DNA of 64,000 nt. It comes from Sumerlaeia bacterium (GTDB lineage Bacteria > Sumerlaeota > Sumerlaeia > SLMS01 > JAHLLQ01). The stretch is taken from positions 195,007-259,006 of the forward strand of contig JAVJSW010000068.1 of assembly GCA_040219255.1 (NCBI GenBank), given 5' to 3'. The notes beneath the pieces are model-generated. The model did not search any database. It was not told where the DNA came from and saw nothing but the letters and a program-made list of their open reading frames with translations. The stretch's first letter is position 1. Each line of letters starts with the position of its first letter. This document shows, piece by piece, positions 57,672 to 64,000 of this stretch. The position numbers were made by a program, and so were the translations under genes.

Positions 57672-60262
57672 GCGAACCGAAAAAACGCACCAAGAAGACG
57701 TCCGCCGCCAAGGACAACGGCTCCTCCGCCCCGGAGGAGATCGTCGTGGAAGCGCCCAACGGTTCGGCCCCCACGCCGGACAATCCGGACGGGGACGGAG
57801 TGGAATTCCCCGAGCAGGTCGTGTCGCTCATTCTCGATGGGCCCATCGTTTTTCCCTATATGCTGGCCCAGTTCGTTCTCAACGACGAGGACCACAAGCG
57901 GGTGGTGGACGAAGCGCTGCGGGGCAATCGGCTCTTCGCCCTGTTTCCGTCCCGCATGGCCGAGGACGGTCGCGACCCCGCCACCCTGCCTCCCGATCAA
58001 CGCGCTTTTCCCGTCGGAACCCTCTGCGCCGTGCTGCGCATGATGCGCGTGCCCGATGGCACCATGCGCCTGTTCGTCCATGGCGTGTCGCGAGTCACGC
58101 TCAACAAGTTCGTCAGCGAGAAACCCAATCTGATCGCCGAGATCAACCGCCTGCCGGAAATCGAGCACGACGGCGTGGAAGTCGAAGCGTTGATGAAGCA
58201 GACGGTGGAGACGCTGCGCCAGACGGGGGCGCTGGCGGGCTGGCCGGAAGAACTGCTGATCAACGCCATCAACACGGAAGAGCCGGGCAAGCTGGCGGAT
58301 CTGGTGGCCGCCAACACGAACATGCGGCCGGAAGGCCTGCGCGAAGCCCTGGCCGAAGCGGACACGATGGAGCGTCTCGACCTGGTGTTTCGCCACCTGA
58401 CGCACGAATTGCATGTGATGGAGATCGGGTCCTCGATCAGCGACAAAGTCCGCGCCGACATGGACAAGAACCAGCGCGACTTCGTCCTGCGCGAGCAGAT
58501 GAAAGCCATCCAGCGCGAGCTGGGCATCGAAGACCCCCACGGCCAGGAAATCGCCGAACTGCACGAGCGCCTGAACGCCAAGGCGATGCCCGATCACGCC
58601 CGCGCCGTGGCGGAAAAGGAACTGTCGCGCCTGGCCGCCCTGCCCCCCGCCGCCGCCGAGTATGGCCTGATCCGCACCTATCTCGACACCATCCTGGAGA
58701 TTCCGTGGATGGACGCCACGGACGATCACATCGACCTGATCGACGCGCACAAAATCCTCGACGAAGACCACTTCGGCCTCGAGCAAGTCAAGGAGCGCAT
58801 CCTGGAATTCCTGGCCGTCATCCGGCTCAAGGGCGGCGACCTGAAGGGGCCGATCCTGTGTCTGGTGGGGCCTCCCGGCGTGGGCAAGACGAGCCTGGGG
58901 CGCAGCATCGCCCGCGCCACGGGGCGCAATTTCTACCGGTTCAGCCTCGGCGGCATGCGCGACGAAGCGGAAATCCGCGGCCACCGCCGCACCTACATCG
59001 GCGCCATGCCGGGCCGCATCGTCAAGGCCCTGCGCGATTGCGGCTCCATCAATCCGCTCATCATGCTCGATGAAATCGACAAGCTCGGCAACGACTACCG
59101 GGGCGACCCGGCGAGCGCCCTCCTCGAAGTCCTCGACCCCGAGCAGAACGACTCCTTCGTCGATCACTACATGGACATGCCGGTCGACCTCTCGCGCACC
59201 ATGTTCGTGACGACGGCCAACAGCCTGGACACGATCCCGGGGCCGCTGCGCGACCGCATGGAGATCATCCGCCTGGCGGGCTACACCGAGCACGAGAAGC
59301 TGGAAATCGCCGAGCGTTACCTCGTCCCGCGCGAGATCGAGGCCGCCGGCCTGAAGAAAAAAGACATCCGCATCCACAAAACGACCCTGCGCGAAATCAT
59401 CGCCAACTACACCCGCGAGTCCGGCGTGCGGTCGCTGCAAAAGCAAATCGGAAACGTCTGCCGCAAAGTCGCCCGCAAGTTCGCCGAAGCCGAAAGCGAG
59501 TGGGAAGCCAACCTGCACCGCGAGGCGGAAGCGGCGTCCGACACCGCCGGCAAAGGCAAACGCGGCAAGAAAAAGGACGAAGCGGCCAACGCGGCCTTTG
59601 TCGACGTCCTGAACCGCAAGCCCCCCAAGCGCGATTCGGTGAAGGTGGACGTGAAGAAACTCCACGAACTCCTCGGTCCGCCCAAGGCCGACCACGAACG
59701 GGCCGAGCGCATGAGCATGCCCGGCGTCGCCATCGGCCTGGCCTACACGCCGGTGGGCGGCGAAATCCTCTACGTCGAAGCCTCGCGCTATCCCGGCAAA
59801 GGCGACATCCGCCTGACGGGTCAGTTGGGCGACGTGATGAAGGAAAGCGCCACGGCGGCGCTGACCTACCTGCGGGCCAACGCGGGGCGGTTCTCGCTCG
59901 AGGACAAAGACTTCTCCGCCTGGGACTTCCACGTTCACGTGCCCGCCGGAGCCACCCCGAAAGACGGCCCCAGCGCCGGCGTCACCATGACCACCGCGCT
60001 CGCCTCGCTCGTCACCGGACGCGAAGTGAAAGACTACCTTGCCATGACCGGCGAGATCACCCTGCGCGGCAGCGTCCTGCCGGTCGGCGGCATCAAAGAA
60101 AAAGTCCTCGCCGCCCACAACGCCGGCGTCAAACGCGTCTGCCTGCCCAAACGCAACGCCCACGACCTGGACGAACTGCCGGAAAACGTGCGCAACGGCC
60201 TGGACTTCTGCCTGGTGGGGCATGTGGACGAGTTGCTGCGCGAGGCGCTGCGGGCGGGGTGA
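57668..60262 (+). CDS. lon: ATP-dependent Lon protease (LonA)
   Basis: GTG start overlapping the hsp20 stop (GTGA at 57668-57671). Lon N-domain, then AAA+ motifs (GPPGVGKTS Walker A, DEIDK Walker B). The S16 protease domain follows with the catalytic DGPSAGVTM...K dyad. Confidence 0.9.
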   Translation: MSEPKKRTKKTSAAKDNGSSAPEEIVVEAPNGSAPTPDNPDGDGVEFPEQVVSLILDGPIVFPYMLAQFVLNDEDHKRVVDEALRGNRLFALFPSRMAEDGRDPATLPPDQRAFPVGTLCAVLRMMRVPDGTMRLFVHGVSRVTLNKFVSEKPNLIAEINRLPEIEHDGVEVEALMKQTVETLRQTGALAGWPEELLINAINTEEPGKLADLVAANTNMRPEGLREALAEADTMERLDLVFRHLTHELHVMEIGSSISDKVRADMDKNQRDFVLREQMKAIQRELGIEDPHGQEIAELHERLNAKAMPDHARAVAEKELSRLAALPPAAAEYGLIRTYLDTILEIPWMDATDDHIDLIDAHKILDEDHFGLEQVKERILEFLAVIRLKGGDLKGPILCLVGPPGVGKTSLGRSIARATGRNFYRFSLGGMRDEAEIRGHRRTYIGAMPGRIVKALRDCGSINPLIMLDEIDKLGNDYRGDPASALLEVLDPEQNDSFVDHYMDMPVDLSRTMFVTTANSLDTIPGPLRDRMEIIRLAGYTEHEKLEIAERYLVPREIEAAGLKKKDIRIHKTTLREIIANYTRESGVRSLQKQIGNVCRKVARKFAEAESEWEANLHREAEAASDTAGKGKRGKKKDEAANAAFVDVLNRKPPKRDSVKVDVKKLHELLGPPKADHERAERMSMPGVAIGLAYTPVGGEILYVEASRYPGKGDIRLTGQLGDVMKESATAALTYLRANAGRFSLEDKDFSAWDFHVHVPAGATPKDGPSAGVTMTTALASLVTGREVKDYLAMTGEITLRGSVLPVGGIKEKVLAAHNAGVKRVCLPKRNAHDLDELPENVRNGLDFCLVGHVDELLREALRAG

Positions 60263-60336
60263 GGGGAACTCACCCCGGACAAGTTTGGCCGCGGATGAAT
60301 AGGATGAATGAGATATGCCCGCCGGACTGAAAATCC

Positions 60337-60394
60337 GATTTATCTGATTTATCTGCGGCTAAAATTCATCAACCTCCGTGTCTCCGCGTCTCCG
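60337..60394. repeat. Short tandem direct repeats in an AT-rich convergent intergenic spacer
   Basis: gatttatct is repeated twice back-to-back (60337-60354). gtctccgc/gtctccg is repeated twice back-to-back (60380-60394). The local AT content is far above the window average. Confidence 0.4.
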
Positions 60395-60406
60395 TGGTAA
60401 ACCCCA

Positions 60407-61108
60407 TCATTCCCCAACCCCATTGATCACATCCGCCAGATACCCCGCCCCGTAGCCGTTGTCGATGTTCACCACGCTGATGCCCGGCGAGCAGCTATTG
60501 AGCATCCCCAGCAGCGCCGCCACGCCCTGGAACGACGCGCCGTAGCCCACGCTCGTCGGCACGGCGATGACCGGCGCCTGGACTAGCCCGGCGACGACGC
60601 TCGGCAGGGCGCCTTCCATCCCCGCCACCACCACCAGTACCCGGCACGTGCGGATGTCCTCCAAACGCCGCAGCAACCGGTGCAGCCCCGCCACGCCGAT
60701 GTCGAAGTGCCGGACCACCGGGCTGCCCAGCGTCTCCGCCGTAATCGCCGCTTCCTCCGCCACCGGCATGTCTGTCGTGCCGGCGCAGACAATGCCGACG
60801 GTTCCGGTCTTGCGGGGCGCCGTTTCCGCTCCCTGTGCCCGCACCACAACGAGGCGCGCGGTGTCGTGGCGGGCGACGTCAAAGGTCCCGCCAAGGGCGC
60901 TTTCCAGGGCGTCGCGCTGCTCGGGCGAGGTGCGCGTGGCCAGCGCCGTCTGCCCCGCCTCGGCCAGCGCCCGGGCGATGGCGACGACCTGAGCGGGCGT
61001 CTTGCCCTGCGAAAAAATCGCTTCCGGCCGCCCCCGCCGCGCCACGCGCGCCAGGTCCACCTGGGCGAATCCAAGATCGGTCAATGCGGGATCGGAGGGA
61101 ATTGTCAT
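60407..61108 (-). CDS. larB: Nickel-pincer cofactor biosynthesis protein LarB (PurE-like carboxylase/hydrolase)
   Basis: VGIVCAGTTDMPVAEEAAITAETLG...DIGVAGLHRLL...VLVVVAGMEGALPSVVAGLV..PVIAVPTSVGYGAS...NSCSPGISVVNIDNGYGAG matches the conserved LarB architecture as I recall it. The start is uncertain (Met at 61108 or 61144). Confidence 0.65.
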   Translation of the reverse strand: MTIPSDPALTDLGFAQVDLARVARRGRPEAIFSQGKTPAQVVAIARALAEAGQTALATRTSPEQRDALESALGGTFDVARHDTARLVVVRAQGAETAPRKTGTVGIVCAGTTDMPVAEEAAITAETLGSPVVRHFDIGVAGLHRLLRRLEDIRTCRVLVVVAGMEGALPSVVAGLVQAPVIAVPTSVGYGASFQGVAALLGMLNSCSPGISVVNIDNGYGAGYLADVINGVGE

Positions 61109-61309
61109 GGTCAATCGTGCTTCATCGTGCGTCGGAAGGTGCATGGCGAGGCGTTCGTCGTCCCGCCTTCAGGCGGAACGGTGCGGTGCCGGGCGCGTCG
61201 GACTTGCTTCGATTTCCGGCCCTCGCGCAAGTCGAATCGCCCGCCGCCAAAGGCCTCCTGGCTTCATCCAAGAAACTCTCCGATCGCGTCTCCGCCCTCG
61301 CGCCCCGGC

Positions 61310-62662
61310 CTACAGCCCCCGCTGCCCCATCGCGTCCTCGATGGCCCGCAACGTATAGAGCGTCCCCGTGGCCAGCACCGACTTGGCGCCGGGGGCTTCG
61401 GCGGCTTGCTGCACGGCTTCGGCGAGGCCGGGCGCTTCGATGGCGAGGAGGCCTTCGGCGCGGGCCGCTTCCGCCAGGGCGGCGGCTTTCGCGCCCCGGC
61501 CGCCAGGCACTTCGTAGCACACGGCCTGGAAAATCGCGTCGTGCGGCGCGCTCGTCAGCAGCGCGTGCAGGAACTGGCGCGCGTCCTTGTCCGCCTGCAT
61601 CCCCCACAGCAGCACATAGGGCCCCGGCGCCACGCCGGCCACATGCTCCAGCGCTTCGCCCAGCGCCCGGGCGCTGGTGGGGCAATGGGCGCCGTCGATC
61701 ACCAACCCCGGCGGCCCGGGGAAAACCTCCAGCCGGCCTCGCCAATCCAGCGCCCTCAGCCCCCGCGCCAGCACCTCGGCCCGCAACGGCCCCCGCCCCG
61801 CGTCGCGCAGAAACCGGTCCGCCATCGCCACCGCCACGCCCAGGTTGCGCGCCTGATGATCGCCCAGCAGCGGCAACATCGCCGTCGCTTCCTCGCCCGT
61901 GGGCAGAGTCACCCGCACCCGCTGACCCACCGGCCGGCGGTTCAGGATCTCGACCGGCGCCGGGGCCAGCATCGGCGCCCCCACCTCCGCCGCGCGCGAC
62001 ACGATGACCCGGTGCGCGTCGTGCTGGATCGGGGTGCGCGCTTCAAACACCACCACCGGCACGCGGGGTTTGATGATGCCCGCTTTCTCGCGGGCGATCA
62101 GGGCGATGTCGTCGCCCAGGAGCCGCGTGTGATCCCGCCCGATGGGCGTGATCGCGCACACCGCCGGCTCCACCACGTTCGTGCAATCCAGCCGCCCCCC
62201 CAGGCCCACTTCGTACACCGACGCCTCCACGCCCTCGTCGGCGAACAATCGGAACGCCAGCGCCGTCAAGCACTCGAACACCGTGCGGAAGGCTCCATCC
62301 TTCGCCTGTCCGCCTTCGACCCGCTCGCGCGCATGGGGCGCGATCAGCCCCTCCAGCGCTTCCTCGAATTCCGCCAGCGTCAGCGCCGCCCCGCCCACGC
62401 GAAAACGCTCGCCGTAATGCTCCAGATGCGGCGACGTATAGAGCCCCGTCCGCATCCCCGCGCCGCGCAGGATCGCCTCCACCATGGCCGCCGTGGACCC
62501 CTTGCCCTTCGTCCCCGCGATGTGCAGCGCCCGCGTCGCCCGCTGCGGATTGCCCATCGTCTCCAGCCACCGGCGAAAACCCTCCAGATCATACGCCTCC
62601 GCCGTATAGGCGCGGGCGGCGGGCTGGCGTTCGAGGTCGATCAGGCGGTCGAGCAGGGTCAT
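61310..62662 (-). CDS. folC: Bifunctional folylpolyglutamate synthase / dihydrofolate synthase
   Basis: P-loop-like HIAGTKGKGSTAAMVEAIL and the Mur-ligase-type EVGLGGRLDCTNVV motif. About 450 aa. The ATG at 62660-62662 was verified on the sequence. Confidence 0.85.
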   Translation of the reverse strand: MTLLDRLIDLERQPAARAYTAEAYDLEGFRRWLETMGNPQRATRALHIAGTKGKGSTAAMVEAILRGAGMRTGLYTSPHLEHYGERFRVGGAALTLAEFEEALEGLIAPHARERVEGGQAKDGAFRTVFECLTALAFRLFADEGVEASVYEVGLGGRLDCTNVVEPAVCAITPIGRDHTRLLGDDIALIAREKAGIIKPRVPVVVFEARTPIQHDAHRVIVSRAAEVGAPMLAPAPVEILNRRPVGQRVRVTLPTGEEATAMLPLLGDHQARNLGVAVAMADRFLRDAGRGPLRAEVLARGLRALDWRGRLEVFPGPPGLVIDGAHCPTSARALGEALEHVAGVAPGPYVLLWGMQADKDARQFLHALLTSAPHDAIFQAVCYEVPGGRGAKAAALAEAARAEGLLAIEAPGLAEAVQQAAEAPGAKSVLATGTLYTLRAIEDAMGQRGL

Positions 62663-62706
62663 GGGAAAAGGGACAATCGGGACAATGGACGAGGGGGTGC
62701 AGGGTT

Positions 62707-63354
62707 TCAGGCGGGAGGCTGGGCGGATTTGTACGTGGTCCAGGTCGGCTTGTAATCGTCCTGGGCCTGATTGCCCCAGGCTGCCCACCCGGGCCGCGTT
62801 CCCCGGGCGAACAGCTCCAGGTACGGCCCCGGACTGCACGCTTCGATCACATCGTAAAGCTCCCCCGGTTTGCGCGAATGCTCCTGCTTGCGCGTCGCCA
62901 GCAGATTCACCTGGCTGCGCCCCGGCGGCAACGTCCGCGCGTTCTTGCCCCGCACGCCAAAGAGCACCATCTCCGTCACATTCCGGAAATAGAATCCCAC
63001 CCCGCGCCCATCCGGCCCGCCGTCCTTGCGCACCTTGTACCAGATCAGGTTCGTCTTGTACTGAAATCCCCAGGCCCTCAGGACCTGCAGCCCCTCGGGC
63101 ATCAGCGCGTTGGGCACCCACAGGTACAAATGCGCCGGCTCGGCCAGATGATCGCCCACCGGCAGGGCGCACAACTCCTCCAGCTCCATCGTCTCGTAGC
63201 GCCGCAATCGCCCGTGCTCCGGCGCCATCTTGCCGGTCCGGTTCTCGAAACGCCACGGCGGATCCGCCAGCACCGTCTGGAACGGCCCCCGGGCCGTGGC
63301 GAAGCGCCGAAAACTGGCGGCGGTTGGCTCCAGGGGACCACTCTCTCGGGTCAT
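62707..63354 (-). CDS. MT-A70-family N6-adenine DNA methyltransferase (DPPW motif), apparently orphan
   Basis: FQTVLADPPWRFENRTGKMAPE contains the catalytic DPPW tetrad, followed by HLYLWVPNALMPEGLQVLRAWGF. Length is 215 aa. No restriction endonuclease-like gene is adjacent. Confidence 0.7.
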   Translation of the reverse strand: MTRESGPLEPTAASFRRFATARGPFQTVLADPPWRFENRTGKMAPEHGRLRRYETMELEELCALPVGDHLAEPAHLYLWVPNALMPEGLQVLRAWGFQYKTNLIWYKVRKDGGPDGRGVGFYFRNVTEMVLFGVRGKNARTLPPGRSQVNLLATRKQEHSRKPGELYDVIEACSPGPYLELFARGTRPGWAAWGNQAQDDYKPTWTTYKSAQPPA

Positions 63355-63441
63355 GTTCCATCCTCGCAGGGGGTCGCGGACGCGCCAAGCTTTCCGCTAC
63401 AAACCCCGTCCTAACCTTTGTCGTCAAGACCCCGCTCCGGG

Positions 63442-63479
63442 TTTCTTGCGGCACCCGCCGTTTCTTGCGGCACCCGCCG
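63442..63479. repeat. Perfect tandem direct repeat, 2 x 19 bp (tttcttgcggcacccgccg), upstream of the methyltransferase gene
   Basis: Read directly from the sequence. It lies about 90-125 bp upstream of the MT-A70 start codon on its coding strand side. Confidence 0.6.
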
Positions 63480-63545
63480 CCCTTGCCGGTCGTCCTCCCA
63501 AACATTCCGCCCCCGCCGCCCCGACTCCAGCGCCCCCAAACCCGT

Positions 63546-63612
63546 TGTCTGTTTAGTCTGATAAGTGTATTTTGTCTTTCTTTCTCCCGAAGCTCCACAT
63601 GAGGGGACAAAC
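63546..63612 (-). repeat. Copy B (inverted) of the ~60-nt AT-rich conserved element
   Basis: Its reverse complement aligns with 6282-6340. The core gtttgtcccctcatgtgg is identical, and (a)gaaagacaaaatacact and aaacagacaa are conserved, with a 9-nt insertion (tatcagact) in copy B. Confidence 0.55.
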
Positions 63613-63839
63613 CGCCGGGCCTGTGCGAGGCTCCTTTCACCTCGCCGGAAACCCCGGCCGCCTCAGGAGCCTTTCCATCATGACCGCCACCCGCCTCTCT
63701 CCTTGGAACTCCCGGCGCCTTGCCGGCGCCCCTGGCCACTCCGGACCCGTGGCCCTGACGAACCGGCCAGGTTGTGCCAGAATTTTGCTCAGCATTCGGC
63801 CCGGCGCCGTCGCGCCCCAAAGGAGCGACCCCTCCCGTC

Positions 63840-64000
63840 ATGACGGATATTGGAAAAGCCCTCTTCATCTCCGGCCTCGCTCTGGCGGCCCTGGGCGGCC
63901 TGCTGTGGCTTCTCGGCCGCGCCGGATTCCAGGGCCTGCCGGGCGACATCTCCTTTCAGGGCGAGCGCGTCAAAGTGGTCTTCCCCATTGTGACCTGTCT
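63840..64000 (+). CDS. Small membrane protein, DUF2905-like; 3' end outside window
   Basis: MTDIGKALFISGLALAALGGLLWLLGRAGFQGLPGDISFQGERVKVVFPIV resembles the DUF2905 pattern (GK-x-L...L...L.G.PGD). It runs to the window edge. Confidence 0.4.
   Translation, partial: MTDIGKALFISGLALAALGGLLWLLGRAGFQGLPGDISFQGERVKVVFPIVTC

Noticed and set aside
6282-63612. Interpretation of the two inverted conserved elements as boundaries of a mobile genomic island
   Set aside because: The intervening 57 kb contains core housekeeping genes (aroC, hom, infB, lon, folC). The repeats are inverted, not direct. No integrase, transposase or tRNA is present.
1-64000. Search for tRNA, rRNA, CRISPR arrays, transposases/integrases, PEP-CTERM tails
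   Set aside because: I found no T-loop-like GGTTCGA(A/T)TCC contexts forming cloverleaf candidates in intergenic DNA. I found no spaced direct repeats outside coding low-complexity regions (PT linkers, ERPERP and PQG repeats). I found no DDE/tyrosine-recombinase-like ORFs and no C-terminal PEP-hydrophobic-RR motif on any secreted protein.

Overview
This 64 kb window is GC-rich bacterial chromosome (roughly mid-60s % GC by eye). The gene content looks Verrucomicrobia/Planctomycetes/Lentisphaerae-like. There are many prepilin-type pseudopilins, Pro/Thr linkers, and an IF-2 with a very long Pro/Gln-rich N-terminus. Genes were called by reading the six-frame translations for recognisable family motifs. 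Because of the high GC, almost every real gene has a long antisense ORF, and these were rejected one by one. Housekeeping genes I recognise are aroC, hom, apbC/mrp, ldh, infB, recQ, hsp20-lon, folC, larB, a wrbA-like flavoprotein and a CbpA-like DnaJ protein. They are interleaved with an envelope/polysaccharide-heavy accessory repertoire. That repertoire includes an internally duplicated GT-B glycosyltransferase, a GT2-GT9 fusion, a GT4, two GT-C (ArnT/PMT-like) membrane glycosyltransferases, a sugar-phosphate nucleotidyltransferase and a PfkB sugar kinase. It also has a GspG-like major pseudopilin, a three-gene minor-pseudopilin operon with an unusually large GspK-like protein, tandem PBP4 (DacB) paralogs, and tandem paralogous small secreted proteins. 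Regulatory genes include a receptor-type Ser/Thr kinase, an RsbV/RsbW-type partner-switching pair immediately upstream of a lamin-tail/CotH kinase-like secreted protein, a second STAS protein, and an orphan MT-A70 (DPPW) methyltransferase. I found no tRNA, rRNA, CRISPR array, transposase or integrase. The most unusual sequence-level signal is a ~60-nt AT-rich element present twice in inverted orientation (6282-6340 and 63546-63612), about 57 kb apart. The best candidates for an undescribed functional module are the pseudopilin-plus-glycosyltransferase neighbourhood (25.9-30.5 kb) and the STAS/anti-sigma kinase/CotH operon (42.0-44.9 kb). The CBM48-EEP fusion protein is a further notable candidate. 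All functional calls are motif-level inferences made without database searches.
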